Positions 25,555-38,859 of a DNA stretch of 64,000 bases are shown piece by piece; the first letter of the stretch is position 1, and each line of letters opens with the position of its first letter. The stretch comes from Macrostomum lignano. Taxonomy: Eukaryota. Made by a program: the position numbers and the translations under genes. The notes beneath the pieces are model-generated. The model saw nothing but the letters and a program-made list of their open reading frames with translations. It made no database searches and was not told the DNA's origin. The stretch lies in assembly GCA_002269645.1 (NCBI GenBank), contig NIVC01000654.1, forward strand, positions 65,009 to 129,008. The letters run 5' to 3'.

Positions 25555-26232
25555 GTGGTCAACTGACCCCCTTTGATGGCCTAAATCTAATATCATGTAG
25601 AGAATGCGGGTGGAGTGAGGACATAAGGAGGTCAACTGACCCTCTTTGATGGCCTAAATCTAATATCATGTAGAGAATGCCAGGTGAGTGAGGACATAAG
25701 GAGGTCAACTGACCCCTTTGATGGTTTAAATCTAATATCATGTAGAGAATGCCAGGTGAGTGAGGACATAAGGAGGTCAACTGACCCCCTTTGATGGTTT
25801 AAATCTAATATCAGGTAGAGAATGCCAGGTGAGTGAGGACATAAGGAGGTCAACTGACCCCCTTTGATGGTTTAAATCTAATATCAGGTAGAGAATGCCA
25901 GGTGAGTGAGGACATAAGGAGGTCAACTGACCCCCTTTGATGGTTTAAATCTAATATCAGGTAGAGAATGCCAGGTGAGTGAGGACATAGGGAGGTCAAC
26001 TGACCCCCTTTGATGGTTTAAATCTAATATCAGGTAGAGAATGCCAGGTGAGTGAGGACATAAGGAGGTCAACTGACCCCCTTTGATGGTTTAAATCTAA
26101 TATCAGGTAGAGAATGCCAGGTGAGTGAGGACATAGGGAGGTCAACTGACCCCCTTTGATGGTTTAAATCTAATATCAGGTAGAGAATGCCAGGTGAGTG
26201 AGGACATAAGGAGGTCAACTGACCCCCTTTGA
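25555..26232. repeat. 73-bp tandem repeat, about 9 copies
   Basis: Unit GGTCAACTGACCCCCTTTGATGGTTTAAATCTAATATCAGGTAGAGAATGCCAGGTGAGTGAGGACATAAGGA. Confidence 0.95.
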
Positions 26233-26699
26233 TATTTTAGATCGCTACCAAATATCTATCGGAGAATTTCGATTTCATCGAAAAATGCTTCTCGTTCATT
26301 TTCTGGGGTATAATCATTTTTCAGTGCTCCATCAAGATAATAAATTTGCTTTGACTCATTTTGCTAAACGGATCATTTATGATATGATCATTTTGAGTGC
26401 TAGATTATGCCGTCAATTATAAATATTGACTGTTCGCATTTTAATTTTCATCTAAACCGATCATAAAAAAGTATAAACTTTCTCAGCATGCACTGAGCTT
26501 TTATTTTATGTTTGGATTTGCTTGTATTTTGTTGATTTTATGCGTTATAGGAAGCCTGAGTTTAGGGTCATTCTCTGAAGGATACCTGAAGGTAAGGCCC
26601 CACTCTCTAAAGTACATCTGAAGGTAGGGCTCCACTCTCTGAAGGTAGGGCTCCACTCTCTGAAGGACACCTGAAGGTAGGGCCACTCTGAAAGACACC

Positions 26700-27138
26700 T
26701 GAAGAGGGTAGTTTAACTCCCCGAATGACCAGTCTGAAGGTAGTTTCACTTCCCGAATGACCAGTCTGAAGGTAGTTTCACTCCCTGAATGACCAGTCTG
26801 AAGGTAGTTTCACTCCCTGAATGACCAGTCTGAAGGTAGTTTCACTCCCTGAATGACCAGTCTGAAGGCAGTTTCATTCCCTGAATGACCAGTCTGAAGG
26901 CAGTTTCACTCCCTGAATGACCAGTCTGAAGGTAGTTTCACTCCCCGAATGACCAGTCTGAAGGCAGTTTCACTCCCCGAATGACCAGTCTGAAGGTAGT
27001 TTGACTCCCCGAATGACCAGTCTGAAGGCAGTTTCACTCCCCGAATGACCAGTCTGAAGGCAGTTTCACTCCCCGAATGACCAGTCTGAAGGCAGTTTCA
27101 CTCCCCGAATGACCAGTCTGAAGGCAGTTTCACTCCCT
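26700..27138. repeat. 32-bp minisatellite (CCAGTCTGAAGGTAGTTTCACTCCCCGAATGA)
   Basis: About 13 copies ending about 65 bp before the IFT52 start codon. Confidence 0.95.
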
Positions 27139-27203
27139 TATAAACCCAAGGTGTCCAAGACAAGTCAATTTCAATTCACTGTTGCAGCAATTTGGTCGCA
27201 GCC

Positions 27204-29653
27204 ATGCCAGCCCCGGCGCCCACGGAGCCATCGGCGGTGATGAACGGAGGCCGCGACCATCCAGACGCTTCAGCTGGAATCGCTGGCAGCAATGTCCTGC
27301 TAATTAACGCCTCCAAACACGATGCTTTCGGTCCCAACTATGGTTTCAAAACTTTGACTAGGAAATTGAAATCCAGCTGGAAAATTGTCAGCCTAAAAGA
27401 CGAAGTGACCGAGTCGCGACTGTCCGAGGCTAGAATATTTCTAGTCGCTTTGCCTAATGAGAAGTTCTCTGTGTCCGAGTTCGACGCGATGAAGGCCTAC
27501 TTGGCCAAGGGCGGCAGCATCCTGGTGCTCATGGGCGAAGGCGGCGAGTCGCGATTCGATACTAACGTGAATTTCTTTCTAGAAGAGTTGGGCATCTCAG
27601 TAAATAGCGATTGCGTTGTTCGCACAGCCTACTATAAGTACTTTCACCCCAAGGAATGCTACGTGCCCAACGGTGTGCTGAATAGGGCGATTAGCGAGGC
27701 CGCTGGCAAAGCTCTCCCGCCGATGATTGCCGGTATCGGCGGCGGCGGTGACTCATCGTCGGTGCACAAGTCTTCGCTGCACTTTGTCTATCCGTACGGC
27801 GCCACGCTTAATGTCGCTAAGCCGGCCGTGGCTGTTCTCAGCACTGGGAGCGTAGCGTTTCCGCTTAATAGGCCTGTCTGCGCCTTTGCCAATGCTGCTG
27901 CCGCTGCTGCTTCTGCTGCTCCCGCGTCTAGTAGCCGCGCTGCTGGCAGCGGCGGGGGCGGCAAAGTGGCCGTGTTCGGTGCTGCCGCCGCCTTCTCGGA
28001 CGAGTATATCGACAAGGAGGACAATTTCAAGGTAAGTGAATTAACAGTTTGTGATCGGACTCTAGTATTGATCTCGGACACTAATATTGATCTCGGACAC
28101 TAATATTGATCTCGGACACTAATATTGATCTCGGACACTAATATTGATCTCGGACACTAATATTGATCTCGGACACTAATATTGATCTCGGTCACTAATA
28201 TTGTTTTCGGACAGAAATATTTATCTTGGACACTAATATCAATCTCGGACACTAATATTGATCTCGGACACTATTATTTAATAGTGTCGGACACTAATAA
28301 TAATCTCAGAAACTAATATTAATCTCAGACACTAATAATAATCTCAGAAACTAATATTGATCTCAGATATTAATATTGATCTCGGAAACTAATATTGATC
28401 TCAGACACTAATATTAATCTCGGACACTAATAATTGATCTTGGAAACTAATATTAATCTCGGGCACTAGTATCAATCTCGGACACTCGATCTAAACCTTG
28501 GACACACTACATCTTGTAGACTCCGTCTAAGACACACATCTTTAACGCATAAATTCCTATATTAAAATTTGACATCCATTGGACATCCAAACTTAAACAC
28601 CCTTGGTGTTGGACACCTTGGAAACTCAGTTCAAATTCGGACACAAAAATCCAGCACCTAGACTCGGGCACTAAACTCGTACTCGTACACAAAAATTCGG
28701 ACATACTAAACTCGGACACAAAAATCCAATACCCAAACTCGGACACTAAACTTCAATACCCAAACTCGGACACTAAACTCCAATACCCAAACTCGGACAC
28801 TAAACTCCAATACCTAAACTCGGACACTAAACTCCAATACCCAAACTCGGACACTAAACTTCAATACCCAAACTCGGACACTAAACTTCAATACCTAAAC
28901 TCGGACACTAAACTCCAATACCCAAACTCGGACACTAAACTCCAATACCCAAACTCGGACACTAAACTCCAATACCCAAACTCGGACACTAAACTCCAAT
29001 ACCCAAACTCGGACACTAAACTCCAATCCCTAAACTCGAACACTAAACTTCCATCCAACCCGCCCCTGTCCCAGCTGCTGGAAGTGCTACTTCAGTACCT
29101 GTCCTCGGATAGTTTGCAACTGAACGCCATCGATGCTGAAGAGCCGGAAGTGGCCGACTATCAGCACGCGCCGGACATTGAAGCCCTGTCCGAAGAGCTC
29201 AAGGCCTGCCTACAAGAGAGCGACGATGTACCAAAAGATGTGTTGAGCCTGTACGACTCGTCTCTATACGTGATGGACACCAGCCTGGTGCCCAAGGCCA
29301 TCGCTGCCTACGACAAGCTGCGCGTCAAGCACGAGCAATTGTCGCTGATTCAGCCGCAATTTGAGACACCGCTACCGCCTCTACAACCGGCCGTGTTTCC
29401 GCCCAGCTTTCGCGAGTTGCCAGCCCCGGCACTGGAACTGTTCGATCTAGACGAACAGTTTAGCACGGAGAAAGTTCGCCTAGCTCAGATTACTAACAAG
29501 TGCACAGACGAAGACTTGGAATACTATGTTAGGCAGTGCGGAGAGATTCTGGGCGTTACTAACAAACTGCCAGCAGATAAACGAGACGCCAAGGCTATAC
29601 TAGCTCACGTGCTGGCTCAGGTGGCCGAGTTTAAGAAGATCAACCAGGATTAA
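27204..29653 (+). CDS. IFT52: Intraflagellar transport protein 52; exons 27204-28031 and 29075-29653
   Basis: GEGGESRFDTNVNFFLEE, YYKYFHPKE, GVLNRAIS, FVYPYGATLNVAKPAVAVLSTGSVAFPLNRP, KHEQLSLIQPQFETPLPPLQPAVFPPSFRELP; phase-0 intron. Confidence 0.97.
28065..28495. repeat. 19-bp minisatellite (CTAATATTGATCTCGGACA)
   Basis: Seen directly, 5' part of the IFT52 intron. Confidence 0.9.
28735..29050. repeat. 27-bp minisatellite (CCCAAACTCGGACACTAAACTCCAATA)
   Basis: Seen directly, 3' part of the IFT52 intron; shares the core CTCGGACACTAA with the 19-bp array. Confidence 0.9.
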
Positions 29654-29999
29654 CAGACTCGTGTGTCTTTTATCTACACATATAACCACTGTTGTCTTTT
29701 TTTGCTACTCTGGTTTCTTTTGCAACTTAACTATCATATGCGTATATTGTACATGCATTGAAGGGGATCCCAGACAATAATAGTGCATGTATAATAACTA
29801 GATTAGGCGCAATCAGCGCATTTGCGTGCAAGCAAGCTACTTTCAGTTCTTTAGCTGTAGGGCAGTCTCGGGAGGGACGCAGCGGGAAAGGCGCGCGATC
29901 GGGCTGTTCCTCTTAAATTCAGTGAAGTAAAAAGTTTAATAAGCATGAACATTTTATTATATTTTATAACAGAACTCGTTTATTAGCCTGGACCTCTTA

Positions 30000-30320
30000 C
30001 CTCCCCCTCCCCCTACTGAACCCTACTGCGCCGTTCAAGACAAAATCTCTACCCCCGCCCCGCCACCCCCAGTTTTTTTTCTTACCATCCTCCCCCAACT
30101 GAACCCCCTACTGCGCCGTTCAAGACAAAATCTCTACCCCGCCCCGCCACCCCCAGTTTTTTTCTTACCATCCTCCCCCAACTGAACCCCCTACTGCGCC
30201 GTTCAAGACAAAATCTCTACCCCGCCCCGCCACCCCAGTTTTTTTCTTACCATCCTCCCCCAACTGAACCCCCTACTGCGCCGTTCAAGACAAAATCTCT
30301 ACCCCCGCCCCGCCACCCAA
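30000..30320. repeat. About 83-bp tandem repeat, 3-4 copies
   Basis: ACTGAACCCC starts at 30098, 30181 and 30263; contains CCCCGCCCC. Confidence 0.9.
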
Positions 30321-31129
30321 TTTTTATTGCCTTCCCCAGTGTACCAGGCTGGGCTAATGCACTGTTTACATCAAGTCTGCAAGCTCCGCAGTCGTTTTAA
30401 CAGCCTTATTTTTACAAAATAGCTTACGTATGCTTCCCTGCTACTAAACTGAAAGTAGGAACTTGTTATACTTCTTTAGCAATGGAAAAGATAGTGAATT
30501 AAGTTTGAAGGAAACGATTGCAGTAATGTTTTCAAACAACTCTAAATACTTGTTAATAATTGACTAGTAAATCTTCTTTACTAGCATCTAAAGAGTTCTG
30601 TTATTATTTAATAGCTTTGTCTAATAATTTGTTATTTAAACTATACGGATACCAACTAAAGATTATGAGTAATGAAAACAGCGAAGCGGAGCTTCTAATT
30701 ACATTACATAATTACCTTAAAATTTAGATTTCCTTTCCGTCCACAATTTTACTTAAAGTTTACGCTGTGTACCATTTTTGATCTGTGATTTGTCTAACTT
30801 TAATAACTTTAAAAAAATAAATTGTAATAGTGTTACTCAAATCTCTTTTAGACTCCTTAAGCACTTGGACGAATTTATTATAAAAATAAACTTATTATTC
30901 AAGTATTTCTTACTCGAGTTTTGTGCAAACTAATTTTCTCTCTTTTTTGGTTGAGCACAATTATGTTATAATGAAGTTTTGTTATTTTTTGTTTTTGCGA
31001 TGGGCTATAATAGGCGTTTCTTAGAATATTCTACTAGTTGTAAGGGTAGGCTTACCTGCATAGAGGGTAAAACTTCTAATTTATTTTGCTATTTTTCGTA
31101 TTCGTTTTTTTGTTTTGTTTGTAGCTCAG

Positions 31130-31350
31130 CTCAGCTCAGCAGTAGACGCAATTTTTTACTCTCGCCCCGTGGCCCCTGGTTCGATTCCGTGCGCGGCCGC
31201 ATTCATTTGGGGTTTTTAGTACACGAAAATTGGCCGAAGAGGGTTATAGCGCGATGCACATCCACGAGAAACAACCCCCAATGCACTGAGAGTGTACATG
31301 CCTGACGACTGGAAAGTCAAAGTGCCGCTGTACACCCTATGTGAGCGTGA
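31130..31350 (+). mobile_element. SINE-like family copy E with tRNA-like head
   Basis: B-box-like GGTTCGATTCC near 31176, then AGAGTGTACATGCCTGACGACTGGAAAGTCAAAGTGCCGCTGTACACCCT. Confidence 0.7.
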
Positions 31351-31424
31351 ATTTTGGATTGATCCGATATGTATCGAAAGTAAACTTTGCAAAGCAGTTT
31401 TATTTATATATTGCGTAATTGCAG

Positions 31425-34400
31425 TCGCAGCAGCAGGAGGTGCCCCTATCCAATCGGCAACTATTAGCCGTGGAATTTCCCGGCATAGTTCGCAATGAAG
31501 ATCGAGCGATCCGGATGCTTGGCGGGCTGGACAAACTCGCAGAGTCTTTTGCTGCTCAATTGCAGCAGCCACAGCGGCTTCAGCAGCAGCAGCAGCACCA
31601 GCTGAGACTGCAGCTGCAATTCAATCCAGAGGATGCTCTGCCTAGAGTGGCTGTCGCAGATCCCGTAACTAGCCGAGCTGCTTTTGTACTGAGAGTAGTC
31701 AGGTGCGGTTATATATATATTTTAATGTGTAGCTCGAGTGCTTTTTTAAATGGTGCGCATGGCATGCTTTATCTCGATATTTTTCAAAGTTTTTTGCATT
31801 TTTCTGCTTTAATATTTTAGCAACAGATTTATTAAATTGTGCTAAAAATAGGGGAGGGGACAGAGGAGAAGGGACAGAGAAGAGAACTAGGAAAAATGAG
31901 AGGTGAGGGAATAAAGGAAGAGAGTTGACGAAAGGAGAGGAAAGGGGAGATGAAATAGGAGAAGTGAGAGGAGTAAAGAGAAGACGAGTGAAGAGGAGCG
32001 AAGAAAAGAGAAGAGAAGAGGGAGAGGAGAGAAGAGGAGTGGAGGAGAGGAGAAGAGAGAGGAGAAGAAGAGAAAGGTGAGAGAAGAAAGCTAAGAAGAG
32101 ACACAAGCTTTGAGCGGGAGAGATTGTGAAGTTTTAAAGAACCCGAGGGGCGGATATAGAGGCTTTGCGGGCCGGATGTGGGCCGCGGGCCCGAGTTGCC
32201 GACGCATGTTTTATGTAGTCGTTTTGTTATAACGTTTTCTTAGCTATGTTGTACACTATAGTAAGCGAAATTGGTCTCACAACTGGTGGCCAGACTAAAT
32301 ATATGAATGTATCCTTGCACAAAGCTTAATAGAACCCAGGGAACTCTGCGTGCGAAACAGTCAAACAAACGGCTTAACCGCTGAGCTATTTAGCCCTTCT
32401 GATATTCTGCATAATTATTATACTTTTAAATTGGTTTGTAAGCCCTCCTTGATAAAGAGTGCATAAACCGTTCCCTGCAGACAGCGGCACAAAGTCACAG
32501 GCGATGAACGCTTTCAAATCGAATGCCTTGGTCAAAGCGGTTGCACCTACGAATTCAATGGTCTGGCAGATTTGCAATATCTGACATTTATTCGGTCCGG
32601 GCCAAATCTCGAACAGTATCGCGACCTGTACGACGATTTGGTACCTTCGAGACCGTTTGATCAGGTGCGCTGTGTGCTCATGTGACAAGATTTATTGTTG
32701 TTTTCACTTTCGGTTTAAAAATGGCACATTTGGATTTAAAAATGGCACATCGTGTTTAAAAATGGCACATTTGGATTTCAAAATGGCACACTCTGATGAA
32801 AAAAATGGCACATTTGGATTTCAAAATGGCGCAATCGTGTTTCAAAATGGCACATTTATATTTAAAAAAGCGCAATCGTGTTTCAAAATAGCACATTTTG
32901 ATTTAAAAATGGCACATCGTGTTTCAAAATGATACATGTGGATTTAACAATGGCACACTCTGATGGAAAAAATGGCACATTTGGATTTCAAAATGGCGCA
33001 ATCGTGTTTCAAAATGGCACATTTATATTTAAAAAAGCGCAATCGTGTTTCAAAATAGCACATTTTGATTTAAAAATGGCACATCGTGTTTCAAAATGAT
33101 ACATGTGGATTTAACAATGGCACACTCTGATGGAAAAATAGCACATTCGGATAAAAAATGGTACATTTGGATAAAAGTGGCACATTTGGATTTAACAATG
33201 GCGCAATCGTGTTTCAAAGCGGTACATTTGGATTTAAATATGGCACACCCTGATGAAAAAATGGCACATTTGTATTTAAAAAGGGCACACCTTGATGGAA
33301 AAGTGGCACATTTGGATATAAAAGTGGCACACCCTGACGGAAAAATAGCACATTTGGATTAAAAAATGGCACATTTGAATTTTAAAATGGCACATTTGGA
33401 TTTAACAATGGCGCAATCGTGTTTCAAAATGGCACATTTGGATTTAACAATGGCGCAATCGTGTTTCAAAATGGCACATTTGGATTTAACAATGGCGCAT
33501 TTGAATTTTAAAATGGCACATTTGGATTTAACAATGGCGCAATCGTGTTTCAAAATAGCACATTTGGATTAAAAAATGGCACATTTGAATTTTAAAATGG
33601 CACATTTGGATTTAACAATGGCGCAATCGTGTTTCAAAATGGCACATTTGGATTTAACAATGGCGCAATCGTGTTTCAAAATGGCACATTTGGATTTAAC
33701 AATGGCGCAATCGTGTTTCAAAATGGCACATTTGGATTTAACAATGGCGCAATCGTGTTTCAAAATGGCACATTTGGATTTCCGTAGTGGAGCCGATCAG
33801 CTCAAAAATAATTTAATCCCTCATCCCCAAAAACCACCAGGTAGAAGACTGGTTCTGTCGCGATGATGTACCGCTGCACCTCGTCACTATGCCGTTATCG
33901 CGGCCGGACGCGCAAAGCGACTATCGACTCTGGGAGCCGATGCGCTTCGATCCCGAGGATTCTGGACCTCAAGCGGCCGCCGCCGCCGCCGCCTCCGTTG
34001 CCGATCCTGACGTCGCTGGACCGCGCATGTTCACTAGAAAGAGTCGCTGCGGTCTGACAGTGTCGACCACTCTGGCGGATCTGCGCAAGTCGGGCGCACC
34101 CACCGGCCCCACGCCTGAGATTGAAGCCCAAGTGACCAGGCTGAGAGACCTTCGATCGCAGCGCGTGCTGGAACGTCTAGACCAGCTGTTAGCTGAAACT
34201 CCCATTATATCGATTGCCTACGTGTCTCATTGCCTACGCGATATTGCTAATAGGAGCCAGGCTAAACTGCTGATCAAGGCTAAGGCCTATCACATGTACA
34301 GAGGGCCTTGGCATCATCTGTGGCTGCGCTTTGGGTATAATCCCATTGTTGAGTCAGGTGGGCTTCTCATTGTTTTCTTGGGGTGGGATCTGGTGACTAA

Positions 34401-36882
34401 ACAGCGTCCATTATAGGACCTGATGGTAGCGGGGACCATTGAAAGGATTTGAGAAGTAGCTTCTAACAGTAAGATGGGAAACGATCTGAAAGGATTAATT
34501 GAGGACCCCCTGAAGCATTTAGGAAAGCTAGTAAGGACCCTGTAAGGGGTCGCCATCATAAACCCGAAAAATCACACCTCCGAAAGCACTTTCCATCATA
34601 AACCCGAAATATCATAAACCCAAAATATCACAAACCCGAAATATCATAACTCCGAAAACCAAACTAGTGTTGAACATTGCTACTGGTAGAAATTTCGGAG
34701 TTATGATATTTCGGGTTTGTGATATTTCGGGTTTGTGATGTGTGTTGCTATCAATTTCGGGTTTGTGATGTGCGTTGCTATCAATTTCGGAGTTGTGATC
34801 TTTCGGGTTTGTGATGTGCGTTGCTATCAATTTCGGAGTTGTGATCTTTCGGGTTTGTGATGTGCGTTGCTATCAATTTCGGAGTTGTGATTTTTCGGGT
34901 TTATGATGTGTGTTGCTATCAATTTCGGAGTTGTGATTTTTCGGGTTTATGATGTGTGTTGCTATCGATTTCGGAGTTGTGATTTTTCGGGTTTATGATG
35001 TGTGTTGCTATCGATTTCGGAGTTGTGATTTTTCGGGTTTATGATGTGTGTTGCTATCAATTTCGGAGTTGTGATTTTTCGGGTTTATGATGTGTGTTGC
35101 TATCGATTTCGGAGTTGTGATTTTTCGGGTTTATGATGTGTGTTGCTATCGATTTCGGAGTTGTGATTTTTCGGGTTTATGATGTGTGTTGCTATCGATT
35201 TCGGAGTTGTGATTTTTCGGGTTTGTGATGCCCCCCCCCCCCCCTGTAAGTCATGGGTCGGCAACTCAGGCCCGCGGCCTGCAGTCATGCGCTAGGTTCT
35301 CTATGCGGCCCTGGAGGGAAAAAGTTTGCCGACCCCTGCTGTAAGTGAAGGATCTGAACAGATTTCTACTGTCAACTTTTGAGCAGTTTCAATTCAACTT
35401 GAAGTCTCAACTCATCACCCGTCTGAAGGTGCTGCGATCTACCAGTGCCTGGACGTCCGCGTACGTCAAATTCGTCGTCACGGCCGCTCGGTGTCGGCCG
35501 GTTCGGAGTTCTCACTAGAGCCGGATCGGCTGCCCCGGGTTGGCCAGCTGTGCCTGCAGCTCTGCCACATTCACGTGCCGTCCATTGCCGAACGCGTCGC
35601 AGCTGCACCAATTCAACCGGTTTGTCACGACACCTTCGGTTGGTACTCGGAGTCAGATATGGCGGAATTTCGACAGCTGACCAGGTGATACGATGTTAAT
35701 ACGATGTAAACTTATCAGTCTTTGAATAACGTTGTGTAGCATATTTATTTATATATTATTCTTCGTTGGATTGTCTTTTTGCGTCTTTACGTGTACCTTG
35801 CAGATAAAATGTCAAGGTCAGAATCCAGACATTCGGTTTGATGTCTGGGTCAAAATCCACCCTGCAGAGTTCCATGTAAGAATCCAGAAAAGGAAGATTA
35901 CTAGAAACAATTCAATTATCCTGAAAAGTAAGCCAAATCCAGTCTCGAGTTGATACCCTTGCTGACGCTCAGAATTGCACGTCATCAAAGACGTCTTACA
36001 GGTCACTTGCAAAATTTCGAGTCTGTAAAAGCGGATGTCAATTTAAGCGTTGGAATGAAGTTCAAAATACTTTAGGAACCCAAGGAAAGTACTCAAGAAG
36101 GGATTCAATGTTTAACTCGGGACTCATGGAAGGGAAGCTCCTTCAAGGCAACGACTAGATACTAAGGCCTTACTAAGGAAAGGGACCGGGTCTCGTCGTT
36201 TCTAGTCAACTGGGTCCAGAAAGTTATCGATTGTGCAGTCACTCGGGTCCTTAGCTGTAGTGTACGCCCCCTCTATGCCTTCACGCTTTTCTCTGACTAG
36301 CTTTCGCCCTCTTGTCCAACGTGCACTAGCACTGGCCCCGTCAACCATTGCGTAACACTGTAGCCGCACGTCGGCAGTGAGTTGATATAATAGCTCAAAT
36401 ATACGGTCCACGAGACCAGGTTTTTTGCCACACACAAGCGCACTACATTAGCTTAAGTAGACATTCACACAAGCTGATCCGCATAATCTGAGCATGATCT
36501 CATCTATTTTGCACTGAGTATAGCTATAGCGGATTGACGCTAGACATTAAACGCGACGCTTTTCAGAGAGCACGTGAGGCGCCTGCTGCCGCGTGCGGTC
36601 CTGGCCGCCTCCGCTGACAGCGCCGCCTCCGCGTCTTCGACTGGCACCACCGCTGCTGATTCTGCTGCTGCAGCCACAGCCAACGAAACCGCCATTGACG
36701 ATGCCGAACTAGATGAAGAGGGCGACGATGACGATTTGGATGAGGAAGACGACGAAGATGTTGATGATGAAGAATTGGCTTCGAATTTAATACCAACCCA
36801 GCAGCAGCAACAGCAGCCTCTGTTGCCGCCTCTGCCAGATGATGCTGAAGATCTGCTGGTAACTCTTACCTCTGGGCAGTGA
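31425..36882 (+). CDS. GTF3C5: TFIIIC subunit 5 (Tau95/Sfc1); exons 31425-31702, 32481-32664, 33841-34357, 35429-35684, 36567-36882; no ATG in exon 1
   Basis: LLAVEFPGIVRNEDRAIRMLGG, YEFNGLADLQYL, AYHMYRGPWHHLWLRFGYNP, IYQCLDVRV, acidic C-terminus. Intron phases 2, 0, 1, 2 all join in frame. Confidence 0.9.
31850..32105. repeat. GA-rich low-complexity tract
   Basis: Seen directly in GTF3C5 intron 1. Confidence 0.8.
32330..32390 (-). mobile_element. tRNA-like SINE head fragment
   Basis: The - strand reads TAGCTCAGCGGTTAAGC (A-box-like) ... GGGTTCTA; not a complete cloverleaf. Confidence 0.4.
32715..33782. repeat. About 21-bp minisatellite (AAAATGGCACATTTGGATTT family) with 42-bp dimers
   Basis: Seen directly; source of the MAHLDLTMAQSCFK pseudo-ORFs. 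Confidence 0.93.
34545..35240. mobile_element. Foldback-like element with modular inverted arms; right arm expanded into a 46-bp array
   Basis: Left arm CATCATAAACCCGAAAAATCAC modules are the reverse complement of right arm GTGATTTTTCGGGTTTATGATG modules, with a short spacer at about 34655-34690. Confidence 0.7.
35252..35338. mobile_element. 87-bp hAT-type MITE
   Basis: TIRs CATGGGTCGGCAAC and TTTGCCGACCCCTG. Exact 8-bp TSD CTGTAAGT at 35244-35251 and 35339-35346. A related terminus lies at about 32182-32208. Confidence 0.85.
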
Positions 36883-38859
36883 TGGTTGCTATTAATTTTA
36901 ACTTAGCGGTTTGTTTGTTGCTTTTTATTTATTTTAATGTTGTTAAACATCAGGTTCATGTAATGCGTCTGTGTGGTAGCTATGTATAACGTTATTTATA
37001 AGTTTCAATGATGAAGCTAAATACACTGGTTAGGCATTTACATTATCAGCATTTTTACTAACGTTAAGTTCCTTACTTGCCAGTATTGTGTCACTTGATT
37101 GGCTGGTTGCGAAATCAAAAAATGTAATGCATAGCTACTTCAATACGACTTACAGTGTACGCTCGTTCAAGGGCCTATCTTAAATAAGATTAAAAATCTT
37201 AATTTACATGTACTCGTACTGTATTATCCAGGTTCTAAAAGCACTATTTCTACATCATTCGGTTCGAGCGTAAAGTTACTATATGTAGCTACTCGTACAT
37301 GTATGTTTTCTTTTGGTCTGTGCTTTGAAGTTCATACATGTCAGGTTTATCAGAACATGTAAGCACTCAATCAAAAAACTAAAACTTTAATCAACAATTA
37401 ACTGACATTCGTATGTATCCATATCCTTTACTTGTTTCAAAATGTACAGCTGTCAGAATAGTCTATATAAAGACAAAAAAGTTGCAGAGTTACACAGTAA
37501 TATACTTGCATGTACATACATGTATATCAACTAAACAGGCAATACATATTCGGCTCCATGCCTTCCTTCAGATAAACAATTAGTTGAACAACTGATTAGT
37601 TGACTGGATCATGTTCCTCGTAGTTCACAACATTCGTGATTTATTTCCTAAATTACTACTGACCAAACTGCTCACGGTGAACTAGCTTGCACATGAAGTC
37701 TGCGGCAGTTAGAGTGGAAAACACAATTTAAATATTTATAATTTAAGCACACTTTAACAAAACCTATTTAAGTACCTGGTATTTAACAAAAATCAAGGTA
37801 CCAGCAAAGGAATAAATCAAAAATGGAAACATGTTCTACTTTAAAAAAAATACTAAACAAAAAAATTGAGCAGCACACAATAAAAAATGTACTTATTATT
37901 TTTATTATATGAACTTGGCTTAGCTTGAACTTGTGATTTTTTTAGTTTACACGGTTTACCACTTTGATTTCAAGAATGCAACTCATAGAATCAGTCCTTG
38001 GCTATAGATGTCTTTGTGACTTTGTGTAATGGCCATGTGATTCATTTAAAACAATTGTTTGACACGTTTGAACGCGCTTATTAGCGACCATGATGACCGT
38101 GTACGCTGTAGCCTTGAATTTTTGCCCTCGGCCTTGGTCCTATTTATTTTAATTTAACTATATCGAACATTTAAAGTGTGCTTACCGGATTAAAGTACAT
38201 CAAGTCTTATTCTTAACACCTTTTGAATTTTCTGATTTTAGCCCACTAGTTCTTGGGCTAATTTTATTTTTAATTTTATAAAAATTTATTTTTAGATTTA
38301 GGTGTAAAAGTTTTTTGCAAGTTTAGAACTTTAGAAGATATTAGGTTAGGCTTAGTGGTATTTAATTTTAAGGGTTTTCTAGCAATGTCTTTGGCTGCAC
38401 AAGTTTGAAGTTAATTAGAGAAATGTTAGGCCTATAGGCAAGGCCTAAAGAAGTAGGGCCTAGCACGGTAGCACCTGTTGAGGCCAAAGAGGGCCAGGGT
38501 CCCCCTTAGCCATGGCCAGAAAATTTGAGTCATGCTTTTTGACCTATTAGTGTTATTATAGCCATAGGCCTACCAATACCATATATGTGCAACCCCCTGA
38601 TTTACACAGGCCATGCAACTTTGTTTTGATTGACCAAAAATGTGACTTACCCATGAAAGAAACCTTAGGTCCCTACCATCCCTACTAAAGCAAAAATTCT
38701 AAGCCTAAAGCAAAACTCCTGACTAGGCTTCTAGGCTAGGCTAGACTTAGCCACCTAACTTATACCCCCTTACACATATATACTAGGGGTTAATTTTTAA
38801 GCATAAATTTCAAGCTTTCTTTCCTTTCTTCCTTCATTTTTCTTCTTTCATTGTTACAA

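Noticed and set aside
30000-30320. The 83-bp repeat reads ATG|GTAAG followed by a GATTTTG Sm-like motif on the - strand, as in an SL RNA gene array
   Set aside because: The putative leader is G-rich and unlike the flatworm SL sequences I recall, and no SL stem-loop is evident. Comparison with the species' SL would settle it.
31362-31380. CCGATATGTATCGAAA shared with the 57-bp array at 63505-63960
   Set aside because: It is a single 16-bp match with no flanking similarity, which is insufficient to call a regulatory motif or TE.
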